This document shows, one piece after another, positions 1-8,993 of a stretch of DNA of 64,000 nucleotides. The notes under the pieces were generated by a model. That model was not told where the DNA came from. It saw only the letters and a list, made by a program, of their open reading frames with translations, and ran no database searches. Numbering within the stretch: the stretch's first letter is position 1; the number at the start of each line of letters is the position of its first letter. The position numbers and the translations under genes were made by a program. Source of the DNA: an uncultured archaeon (lineage in GTDB: Archaea > Asgardarchaeota > Heimdallarchaeia > Heimdallarchaeales > Kariarchaeaceae); the NCBI GenBank assembly GCA_964645535.1, contig CAZYCQ010000007.1:24912-88911 (forward strand). The letters are read 5' to 3'.

Positions 1-1603
1 CTAATTGATTTATTTCATGTTTTTTCAAACAATTCCAGGATGCGATTAGTTCATTTATACGTAACTGCTGATCTGGGGGAATTTCACCCAATTTTTCCAA
101 GGTCATTGAATCCGGGAAGGGAAGGTATTTGAAATCAGTTGAATTTATTTGTGTACTTCCGTTAATGGCTCTGATGTAATTGTCGACATAATTTGAATTC
201 AGGTAATATAGGAGACCGAGGGCGAATTTTTTTGATTTTGCATTCAGGTCAATGAAATTGATTTTGTTGTCGAAAGTAATGTATTGGATATGGGGAAAAT
301 CTTCTTTGGTGATCAACGTACAGATTAGCCTAGTATTGTCCTCTTTGGTGGACATTCTCCGTATCAACAGATATGTTCCAACAGGGACACGATACTTCGT
401 GTAGTCTTTTTTCAAAAACTGTACCTTTTTTTTCAGGTTCTTTCTTGGAAAATTCAATTTTAGGGGGAAAATATGGTTTGCCAAGATCAGTGGATAGGCA
501 TCAATGGGCTGTTTGCCGAATTGCTCAAGCAAGTGGAAATGATGGTCGGATTGCGGATTGATCAACCATTTTCTGGTTCTATGTTGAACCACCTGACCTG
601 TAGAAACAGTTAGGAGGAGATCTTTAAGCGATTTTGAATTGGAGGGTCTTTTCAATAGGCTATCCACTTGCGATTTTGTTGATGGGATACAGATGAGGGA
701 GTCTTCTGGGAGAATCACATTTTCATATGGAATCTGCTCTTTGAATAGGGATTGGACCGAATGGTTGATGGAAATGGTTTCGACAATTACGGATGTTGCC
801 GTAATTTTTTTTTGGGTAAAGATTACAATGTTTTCTTGTAGCACTTGATCTTTGGAGAAAGCCTCATCTCGTTCCTCCACAACAAAAATCTTGAGTAAGG
901 CATTGTCTTTTAGGAATTTTTCCCGAAAGTCTTTAAAGTAAAACCCGTTGGTGAAACTTCTGGGCACAATTCCAATTAGATATCCGTTTTTGGAGAGGAG
1001 ATTCTTGCACAAGCCCAGAAAGGCAGTATAAAGGTTGTTATGTCCGCCAGTTAATTTCTTGATTTTTTCTAATCGGGGGTGGTTATTTTTGATTTTTTTG
1101 TAAGGTGGGTTCAATATGATTGCTTCGAATTCGCCATTATCTGAGGTATCTTGCAAGTACGGTTCAAGTGACTTTTTTCTCTCAAGGAGGGCTATTGAAG
1201 AATCTACGAAGTCCTCAATGAAGATTGAAAAATTCAGTTGACAGTCATAATTTTCCTTCAAGTATTTTTTCAAGACCATAAGGGAATCTCTGAGGGGTTG
1301 TTCCAAAGTTTTGTCAATTTCATACGCAGTGGTCGCGATGGTACGACCTTTGTAAAAATCCGAAAATTTCTCAACACAGAAAATGATAAGAGAAACCAGA
1401 AGATTTCCCACTCCCGCTGCTGGATCAAGAAAGGATCTTGGGGGTGATTCAATGTTGCAATTATTGAGAATGAAATCGGTCAGCTTCCTAGGAGTAAAAT
1501 ATTGGCTATATTTTGACTTATAGGCTTGGGTTCTTGTTGAACTTATTTCCTCTGCCAAGGAATGAACATAATTGACCGGATTTATCTCCACTAATGGTTC
1601 CAA
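1..1603 (-). CDS. N6-adenine DNA methyltransferase, BsuBI/PstI (Eco57I-domain) type; runs off the left edge
   Basis: Absent from the ORF track. My translation gives QYFTP, FLDPAAGVG (SAM binding), ILNPPY (catalytic), IVPRSFTNGFYFKDFR and INGSTQIN, and stays in frame to position 1. The start (TTG 1603) is uncertain. Confidence 0.9.
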   Translation of the reverse strand, partial: MEPLVEINPVNYVHSLAEEISSTRTQAYKSKYSQYFTPRKLTDFILNNCNIESPPRSFLDPAAGVGNLLVSLIIFCVEKFSDFYKGRTIATTAYEIDKTLEQPLRDSLMVLKKYLKENYDCQLNFSIFIEDFVDSSIALLERKKSLEPYLQDTSDNGEFEAIILNPPYKKIKNNHPRLEKIKKLTGGHNNLYTAFLGLCKNLLSKNGYLIGIVPRSFTNGFYFKDFREKFLKDNALLKIFVVEERDEAFSKDQVLQENIVIFTQKKITATSVIVETISINHSVQSLFKEQIPYENVILPEDSLICIPSTKSQVDSLLKRPSNSKSLKDLLLTVSTGQVVQHRTRKWLINPQSDHHFHLLEQFGKQPIDAYPLILANHIFPLKLNFPRKNLKKKVQFLKKDYTKYRVPVGTYLLIRRMSTKEDNTRLICTLITKEDFPHIQYITFDNKINFIDLNAKSKKFALGLLYYLNSNYVDNYIRAINGSTQINSTDFKYLPFPDSMTLEKLGEIPPDQQLRINELIASWNCLKKHEINQL

Positions 1604-2117
1604 TCTTCTCAATCTTCTTTATTCCCCCTCCAATAAAAAGTCATACATCATCACAATAGTGGGTTTTCGAGGAAATTTGGTCGAATTCATGGAAAAGGGA
1701 AACATCATGACGCTTGTACATTCGTCTGGCTTTGTTTTTTCAAGTTCAACATAAAACCGAATGTAGGAAGTAAACGTAATCCCTAGTTGGTTTTGATTGG
1801 CCAAAGTGAATGGTTGGTGAAGAGAGATGCCTCTTTTGGGCATTGAAGAAAGGCTTGTGCAATTTCGAGGTGAATGTGCAGTCTTCCTTTGATACGGTTG
1901 GTGAGTTTTCATTGAAATCTCTCTGTATCTGCAATGAATTAGCAAAATCATTTTGTCCTTTAAGGGGTGTAATTTGGTGGTTCTTTCCTTTTCTTTCATT
2001 GTGTGACCCTTATTTGCCGAATGAATTATCGTCTCATTCCTGTATTCTTGATATTGTTTTTCTCACAAATTTGGCAAATTCTCGAAAGTTTTATATGTTT
2101 TTTTTTCGTACCTTCTC

Positions 2118-3452
2118 ATGCGTGCTCGAAAACTCAGTGCACTCTTCATCTGCATGATGATAAGTTTCATCAACTTTTCTCCCATAGAGGGAAATATTGC
2201 AATGAACATTTCGGATATAGCCCATAAGAATGGTGTACCGGGACGAATCGTCACTTCAATCGATGGGTTGAGGGATTGCACGGATCCGGCACTCGTTAAG
2301 ATGAAATGCGATGAGTGGTTACCGAATGCACCGTCAGACGGAGATTATGGCGGTATTACCGTATTCCTTGACGACGGGTTAAGCGTCACTGATTGGCAGA
2401 ACCTAGAAAGCGGCTTCTACGGGATGTCGATTGACATTATCGGATATCTAACTCCCGACGATCAAGGAAACATCCCCGATACGTTGATTGGTGGAGTTGG
2501 ACAGGATTCACTTCAAGGCATTACTGATGCAGACCTTGGGTATCTTGATTCCGATTTTCATGCACTTGGTGTACTCAGTGCTTTCGGTACAATTGCAAGG
2601 AATGCAAAGGTTCTTTTTGTAAATATTCGTGAAAAAACAGATTTACCAGAAAACACAGGATTTTTGCTTTATGATTCCAGAATGTGGGAATGGATCAAGA
2701 ACAATATCGGGCAATACAATATCAGGATTATTTCAACCTCGATCAATACAGGATATTTGTTAGCAAAAAACCAAACAAATACCGATCTACTTACCGAAAT
2801 TTATGAGCAGGGGGTATTCATGGTTGCTGCTATCGGAAATGATGCTTGGAATGATCCAAATAGGGGTCACTATTTTCCAAATTACCACCCTTACGTTTAT
2901 TCAATTGGCTCTATTGACCATGAGATGCGAGGTAACTCTGATGATGAAGATTACTATTCGGTAGAAAACAGATATTCTGGGTTCAGCCAAGCATGTAGGG
3001 ACGGGGAGAATAACTTTACCCTTTGTGCTTCATATGGTGATGAATGGGATGTTAATCCAGCAGAAGCTTTGGATTTTGTAATGCCTGGTAATGGTGTTCC
3101 TATTGCATTTGAACCGACAATCCAACAAGCGTTACTCGGACATGTCTTGGAGTTTGCATCGGGAACCAGCTATAGTGCCCCCTATCTTGCAGCGACAGCC
3201 TTGGTTGCAATTTATGGCTATTCACAGGCATATTATTCCGTGGCGGGAAGCTTTGCTTATCCCTCTGTCTCCATGATCTATGATTTCCTGAAGGAAAACG
3301 CCTATTCGCCAGAGGAGGGGCACCATCAACGATACGGGTGGGGAATGCCTCTAGTCTCTTTGGTTTACTCTGGCGCATATGCCAAAGGACTTGCAGATGC
3401 CCCGCCTCCACCATCCGGAGGTGGAGGAGGAAGTGGTTGGTATTTCTATTGA
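2118..3452 (+). CDS. Secreted S8 subtilisin-like serine protease
   Basis: Signal peptide; VFLDDG (Asp), FHALG (His), AAIGND (oxyanion Asn), GTSYSAP (Ser), YGWG; C-terminal PPPPSGGGGGSGWYFY. Confidence 0.88.
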   Translation: MRARKLSALFICMMISFINFSPIEGNIAMNISDIAHKNGVPGRIVTSIDGLRDCTDPALVKMKCDEWLPNAPSDGDYGGITVFLDDGLSVTDWQNLESGFYGMSIDIIGYLTPDDQGNIPDTLIGGVGQDSLQGITDADLGYLDSDFHALGVLSAFGTIARNAKVLFVNIREKTDLPENTGFLLYDSRMWEWIKNNIGQYNIRIISTSINTGYLLAKNQTNTDLLTEIYEQGVFMVAAIGNDAWNDPNRGHYFPNYHPYVYSIGSIDHEMRGNSDDEDYYSVENRYSGFSQACRDGENNFTLCASYGDEWDVNPAEALDFVMPGNGVPIAFEPTIQQALLGHVLEFASGTSYSAPYLAATALVAIYGYSQAYYSVAGSFAYPSVSMIYDFLKENAYSPEEGHHQRYGWGMPLVSLVYSGAYAKGLADAPPPPSGGGGGSGWYFY

Positions 3453-3462
3453 GGTGAAATGC

Positions 3463-3900
3463 ATGAGGGAAAAGGCATTTTTGGCCTGGGTATTCCTTAC
3501 CCTTATTCTAGCCACACCTCCTGTAGCATATCATTATTCCATTCCCCAATCAAAAGGGGAGGTGATTCTGGATGAGACCCGTGCCGTCTCCGCAGGTGAG
3601 GTGGTCGTGTACAACCTAACAGAACCCCTCCTGCCAGCAATTATGGGCTGGCGAGTGGATGGATGGGCAACCGCAGTCTTGGCCACCGTTAAATCACTTG
3701 TAGGCAATCTGACATTATTTCAGGCTTGTTATTCGACCAGTTTGTCAGATCTTGAGCAGAACTATAGGGAACTTTGCGAAGGGACGCCAAAATCTATTGA
3801 CACAAACTCTTTCAGAGACTATATTGGGGTTTCATACTTCATAGTGCTGGTGTTTGGCACGCCAGACATCTATCATATCCAGATCGTTTTTCAAAGATAA
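3463..3900 (+). CDS. Small exported protein, paralog 1 of 3
   Basis: GAGGTGA SD at 3451 before ATG 3463; hydrophobic N-terminus; aligns by eye with 4405-4851 and 4930-5394. Confidence 0.75.
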   Translation: MREKAFLAWVFLTLILATPPVAYHYSIPQSKGEVILDETRAVSAGEVVVYNLTEPLLPAIMGWRVDGWATAVLATVKSLVGNLTLFQACYSTSLSDLEQNYRELCEGTPKSIDTNSFRDYIGVSYFIVLVFGTPDIYHIQIVFQR

Positions 3901-4404
3901 GTCCTCGAGTGCAGGTAGGAGATCAATCCCGTCCAAGAAAAATATTTGATTGTCCTATTCCATTTGACACCTAGTTTTTTAACGCCTCACTTATTGACTT
4001 AGAATTCAAACCTATCTTGCCTTGTATTTTTCAGTAACAGATCTTGTTTCTTCATGACATTCTCCAATAAACCTGTTCAAATTTTGTGCAAACTGTATCG
4101 ATTTACTGAAAGGATTTGTGGTAATGGATTTTTTTTGAGCAATGGGATGGTTATCAATATTTTTTTTTTGAAATATACTGGTCAAAAGAGACATACTGAA
4201 ATCTAGAGGAAAGGTTGATGAGTAAGGGCTAGGTTATTGCCATTTCAAGTAGGTCTAAGAAATCAGTACCTCTAATTCCTGCAAAATGTTCTCGGTTTTT
4301 GGTCACCCATTTCAACGACTTCAAAAGACCAGTTGGAAGAGATGAGATACAATTCGCAGGGGTTGATGATTTCCCACATCAATTTAATTTCTGGAATTCG
4401 TCCG

Positions 4405-4851
4405 TTATTCTATTGGGGTAATTCGGATCTTAACCACGTCGGCCTGTCCGAATGTCAATACGAGATATTGGGAGACTGGAATTCGAAGGGTAAATGGAGT
4501 ATTTGTTACAGGTGTTTTTCCGTAGCATATTCTCCAATACTTTTCCACGAGGTAAGTGTAGCCAAGTTTGCCGATCCAGCAGTTTCGGTAAATTGCCAAA
4601 TCTGCATTGATTGATTTGATTGTGATTTGGAAGAATCTTGGTTGCTTGCATTGAAATTGATTGCATTGGCTCAATTTATTGGTTAAATTGAAGGGTACGA
4701 CTGCTCCTTTCCACCTGATAATCAATTTTTCCATTGTATCTGTCCTATTGATTGTTGGGAGTGGAAAGAAGGAGAGCTGCAAGGCCAAAATAGAGGATAT
4801 CAGCATCCATGAGATGATTGCATCGGCTTTTTTCATGGGTGACGTATGCAT
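4405..4851 (-). CDS. Small exported protein, paralog 2 of 3 (most divergent)
   Basis: Shares FNLT, ITIKS, a Cys pair and FGQAD with the other two; start may be 4836. Confidence 0.7.
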   Translation of the reverse strand: MHTSPMKKADAIISWMLISSILALQLSFFPLPTINRTDTMEKLIIRWKGAVVPFNLTNKLSQCNQFQCKQPRFFQITIKSINADLAIYRNCWIGKLGYTYLVEKYWRICYGKTPVTNTPFTLRIPVSQYLVLTFGQADVVKIRITPIE

Positions 4852-4929
4852 TGGGTGGTTTATAAGTACACCTTGGATGTCTCCTTTTTCTTCTAAATCG
4901 TGCTTTTTGACTGGTGTTTCATGACTTTT

Positions 4930-5394
4930 TTAGTATCTTTGGACAAGGACAATGCGGATTCTGATGGTGTCTGGCATTCCAAACTCGATGAAGATCAATT
5001 CCGAGGGATCAATGAGGTCGGTGAAAATTATTGTTTCGATTGTTGTCTGATCCCTGCATCTTTCTTTGAAGTTCTGTCTCAGGTCTGTTCGGTCATGCAC
5101 AGAAAAGCAAGAGCTATGGATGGTCAAGTTGCCCATAAATGACTTTATGGTGACATGGAACAGGAACTGACGTCCACATCTGTGGGGTGCCCCGCAATAT
5201 GCGTTCTTTATTAAGCCAGATGTCTGGTCAGTGAGGTTATAGACAATTCCCCAATTATTGAACCCCACTGCAGTGTTATCGAGAATTACCTCTTTTACCT
5301 TTTTGTCAATGTCCGGCATGGGGAAATGGAATAGGGGCATTGCCAGAAAGAGTGTGAGGATCATCCAAGCGGAAACTGCTTTTTCTTTGTTCAT
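4930..5394 (-). CDS. Small exported protein, paralog 3 of 3
   Basis: EKAVSAW, EVILD, VYNLT, TIKSFMGNLT, DLRQN, FGMPD; start chosen by alignment with paralog 1. Confidence 0.75.
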   Translation of the reverse strand: MNKEKAVSAWMILTLFLAMPLFHFPMPDIDKKVKEVILDNTAVGFNNWGIVYNLTDQTSGLIKNAYCGAPHRCGRQFLFHVTIKSFMGNLTIHSSCFSVHDRTDLRQNFKERCRDQTTIETIIFTDLIDPSELIFIEFGMPDTIRIRIVLVQRY

Positions 5395-5517
5395 TTCAGG
5401 TATGCGCATGGGTTCAGTTGTTAATAAGTACACCTTCCCGTTTTGATTGTTTCCTTGTCACTTTGAATGTTCTCTGTTTCCGCAAAGTTTATTGTCTTAT
5501 CAATCGAATCAACCATA

Positions 5518-6357
5518 ATGTCAAAACCCGATGCGGAAGGCGTAGTGTATCTAAATTCGAGGCACCGGGAGGCTGCACTTCGGCAGATGCAGGAGAAACC
5601 CCAACCGCAACCGCGCTTAGGGAGACGAGAAAGTGAACCGCATTCTCATAAGATCAATTATCTACATGATGTCTTGTCGACAAATTTTCCGGATGACCGC
5701 ACGTTCTGGGATTTGCATCACTATTTTGATCTTGATGGTGATCCAGTCGACTTGCAATTCGACATCTCATACTTTCGTGGCTTGAAGTTTCCAGATCAGG
5801 TCTCCTCATTCCGATCGGATGATTTTGAGGGACTTGTTCCGACAATGGCGATCAACATCCTCTCCTCATCCACTTACAATTCAGATTTAGGGCTGACTGC
5901 CCAGACCTGTCAAGAATTGGGTATTCCTGTTTACGTCATATTCAGCGACCATATATTTAGGCCGAAAGCTGTGAAAGCACCTTTCCTGAAAATCATTTAC
6001 AATGATGGTGGCAGGTATCAAATGGCGGAATTGCATGAGCCATGTTGTCGGAAAGGGGGTGAAATCGATCCATCCCACGTGTTGGACGTACGTCCTGACC
6101 TGCTTCCCTTTAAATTTGGTATTATGGAGCTGGAAGTAAAATATTGGAAAAAGGGGAAGCGGTATCCGCTCTACCAATTGGTCTTAATTGACAGAGACAC
6201 TGGTGAACCGTTGAAGACCAAGTCAGAACTTGCGATGGCAAGGGCTGAAGAGGCAGAAAGGAAAGCTGAAGAAGCAGAAAGGAAAGCTGAGGAAGAACGG
6301 CGAAAACGTCTCGAATTGGAGCAGGAACTAAAGATTCTAAAGGATTCTAAGGATTGA
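5518..6357 (+). CDS. Uma2/DUF820-like PD-(D/E)xK-fold protein with coiled-coil tail
   Basis: LQFDISYF, PTMAINILSSSTY.SD, LGIPVYVIF and an AEEAERK repeat tail. Confidence 0.7.
   Translation: MSKPDAEGVVYLNSRHREAALRQMQEKPQPQPRLGRRESEPHSHKINYLHDVLSTNFPDDRTFWDLHHYFDLDGDPVDLQFDISYFRGLKFPDQVSSFRSDDFEGLVPTMAINILSSSTYNSDLGLTAQTCQELGIPVYVIFSDHIFRPKAVKAPFLKIIYNDGGRYQMAELHEPCCRKGGEIDPSHVLDVRPDLLPFKFGIMELEVKYWKKGKRYPLYQLVLIDRDTGEPLKTKSELAMARAEEAERKAEEAERKAEEERRKRLELEQELKILKDSKD
6244..6297 (+). repeat. 21-nt coding tandem repeat (AEEAERK, about 2.5 copies)
   Basis: GCTGAAGARGCAGAAAGGAAA twice plus a partial third copy. Confidence 0.85.
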
Positions 6358-6692
6358 GGTAATGGCAACTGCCGCACCCAGTATTGGAGTGAATGATTCT
6401 ACCAGCATAAAATTTTCAATTCCAATAGTGAATCAACAATGGACAAGTATGGGTTGGCTTTTCTGGGTACAAAATCGCAAGGATGGACAAAAAAGGATGT
6501 GTTTTCCGTCTGAAACATTCACCTGATCTCCGCACAAAATTTCATGTATTTTTTAGTGGTTTATGCAATCTACACGATAGATAACTTGTCGGATTTCGAT
6601 CTAATTTCCCATCCCCATTTTGCTTGCAGTAAGTATAAAATCACTAACGGCTGACAAAATTCATTTTTAAACGGTACTGATCGAATGCATTC

Positions 6693-7607
6693 ATGGAATA
6701 TTCTGTAGGGTTCGTGGTCAATCCAGAAAGTCGAGGGGGAGAGACCGGCCGCACTTGGGAGAAAAAACTGAAGGTGATTGAGCGTGAGCTGAAGCATCCG
6801 TTTGAGTACAGGATTGCGGAGGGTATCGGAACGGGTGTGGTTGCCACAAAGGATCTCATTGCCGAGGGGCATAACCTCATTGTTGCGGTAGGTGGAGAGG
6901 GGACTGCTAATGAAGTGGTCAACGGGATCATGGAATCTGGAAAGGATGTTGCTTTAGGGTTTATCAGGTCAGGGACGGTGAACGACTACCTGAAGGTGAT
7001 TGGCTGGCCTCATTCCCTTGAGGAACAAATTGGTCTGCTGAACCGCGGTGAAACACGAAGGACGCCGGTGACGCGGAGCGAGGCAGTGGGTGAGGCTACC
7101 CGTTACGGGCTGAATGTGGCTGACATCGGCATCGGCACGTCTATCTCCTATGATGCATCTGTCAAGCGCTCGATCACCTGGATCAAGTCAGGATTGAGAT
7201 ACACGCTGCTCGCCCTGAAGGCGATTCTTAAATGGAAGAACCTTCCCGTTGTAATCCGGACGGACGATGAGACCATTGAAGGGGATTTAACGTTGTTCAT
7301 GGCAGGTTACTCCAACGAATCGGGTGCGTACCGTGTTCTTCCGCAGGCGAATCCTTGGGGTATCAAGATGGCGTATATGGCTGCCATGGGGTTTTCGAAG
7401 CTTTCCATGCTGCGGCTAATGGGTGTGCTGAAAAAGGGGGGACATGAAGGGTACAAAAATGTGTATCTGGGATTTACCCAAAAAATTGAGCTGGAGAGTG
7501 AGGTTCCTTTGATGGTTGAGGTTGATGGTGAGGTCTTCGGTTTCAATACGCAGAAAGTAATTGTGGAGGGTGTTCCTGAGGCTATTCCGGTCATATCTAC
7601 CGAATAG
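6693..7607 (+). CDS. Diacylglycerol/lipid kinase family protein (YegS-like)
   Basis: VNPESRG, AVGGEGT.NEVVNG, GTVNDY, VDGE. Confidence 0.9.
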   Translation: MEYSVGFVVNPESRGGETGRTWEKKLKVIERELKHPFEYRIAEGIGTGVVATKDLIAEGHNLIVAVGGEGTANEVVNGIMESGKDVALGFIRSGTVNDYLKVIGWPHSLEEQIGLLNRGETRRTPVTRSEAVGEATRYGLNVADIGIGTSISYDASVKRSITWIKSGLRYTLLALKAILKWKNLPVVIRTDDETIEGDLTLFMAGYSNESGAYRVLPQANPWGIKMAYMAAMGFSKLSMLRLMGVLKKGGHEGYKNVYLGFTQKIELESEVPLMVEVDGEVFGFNTQKVIVEGVPEAIPVISTE

Positions 7608-7665
7608 GTTGACATCTCTTCTCCAGTGAACAGATTAAAGTACTTGACTGGTATGAATCCTATAT

Positions 7666-8865
7666 ATGGCTCTCTTTTCTCGTCTCTATGAGTTGCAGGT
7701 AAGGCAAATCCCCTTTCTTCATCTGGTTGAACTTCTGGGCATTCTAAATCTTTTCACTCCTGTGTCGATTTTGGTCTTGTTTGGCTTTTCTGAAATCTTT
7801 GGATGGAGCCTTTCGGACTGGCTCTTTTTTCTCTCGGTGATTCCTGTTCCTGGATTACTTGGCATCCTACTTGTGTTGTTGCTTTTCGGTCATTCGGATT
7901 TTCGGTTCTGGTCAAGTTTCCACGTTTATGTGCTTTGGGTCGAGAGTGCTGTTCTGACCTTTGCCGTTGCCGGAACGCTCGACGGTTTTTCTCTTGCTTC
8001 TGCGCAGTTGTCTTTTTTGGTTCTGTATTTTGTCGTAACCATTCTGCTTGGTATGGCTTCATATCTGAATCTGCTTGCCAATCCCATCAAAAGCATCAAT
8101 ATGGTTGAACATGTGGGAGATTCTCTCATCTCGGGTAATTTTGATGTGAAGGTCTCGGACACTTCTCTTTTAGAGGACCAGTTTTTCCGCCCTTCATTTG
8201 ATCTCTTGCAGCAATCCCTTTATTTCACGAATCAATTGATCGGTCAGCAGAGAGCTGCTTCGCATCTGCTTTCTGACACTTCTTCCCAAATTCGGAAGAT
8301 GACTGAAAGTCTTTTCCGTTCAGTTGACGAGATAGCTGCCTCATTGAGGGATCTTACCATGGCATCTGCGGATCACAGCATTCAACTGTCGAAAATTGTT
8401 TCTGACCTGACCAAATTCGAGAGCTTGCTGGTCGGCGTCCTTGAGGAAGTCCACCAGCTTTCCAAAAGAAGCAATGAACTGGCGGTGCAGACTGCTGTTC
8501 TTGCATTGAATGCCGAAATTGAAGCCTCGCGTGCAGGTGACTACGGCAGGGGATTCAAGGTAGTGGCCTCAAATATGCGTGCATTTGCGGAAGCCATGGG
8601 TTCAAATGCCAAGAAGGTAACGGAGTTCACCAAGTCCATTGACGAGGCATTCCGTTCATTCTATGATGGTTTTTCTCAGCAGATGGAATCTGCCTCAAGC
8701 TTCTCAGAGGAGAATGCCGCAGTCACTGAAGAGGTTCTTGCCACTTCAGAAACGATTCTGAAGCTTACTGCTGCGCTCAAGGATGTCTCAGTTGAATTGG
8801 ATCTTCGATCTTCTGAACTGCTGGAATCCTTACCTTCCGGGGAAATTGCGCATAGTAATGACTAA
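7666..8865 (+). CDS. Methyl-accepting chemotaxis protein
   Basis: N-terminal TM helices; [27 protein letters not shown] hairpin-tip motif. Confidence 0.9.
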   Translation: MALFSRLYELQVRQIPFLHLVELLGILNLFTPVSILVLFGFSEIFGWSLSDWLFFLSVIPVPGLLGILLVLLLFGHSDFRFWSSFHVYVLWVESAVLTFAVAGTLDGFSLASAQLSFLVLYFVVTILLGMASYLNLLANPIKSINMVEHVGDSLISGNFDVKVSDTSLLEDQFFRPSFDLLQQSLYFTNQLIGQQRAASHLLSDTSSQIRKMTESLFRSVDEIAASLRDLTMASADHSIQLSKIVSDLTKFESLLVGVLEEVHQLSKRSNELAVQTAVLALNAEIEASRAGDYGRGFKVVASNMRAFAEAMGSNAKKVTEFTKSIDEAFRSFYDGFSQQMESASSFSEENAAVTEEVLATSETILKLTAALKDVSVELDLRSSELLESLPSGEIAHSND

Positions 8866-8993
8866 ACGCCATTTCAATAGGCTCCAAATGACTTGGGTAT
8901 GCGTCCATCAATTCTGCTCGTTTCATGATAAACTGCTAAATTCCTTGAAATTACAATTTATGGGTCGATTTTGAATTAAATGTGTTGTTCAAT

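Noticed and set aside
373-1452. Short ORFs 373-561, 639-848, 1238-1447 and 1270-1452
   Set aside because: They are shadow frames of the methyltransferase gene.
1619-1999. 126-aa ORF upstream of the methyltransferase (possible controller protein)
   Set aside because: No HTH or other motif and atypical composition; I cannot support it as a gene.
4295-4311. GTTTTTGGT(T)CACCCATT shared with 41862-41879
   Set aside because: Only two short imperfect copies, with no flanking element structure.
7666-8865. Lone MCP as a novel system
   Set aside because: Chemoreceptor genes are commonly dispersed away from che operons.
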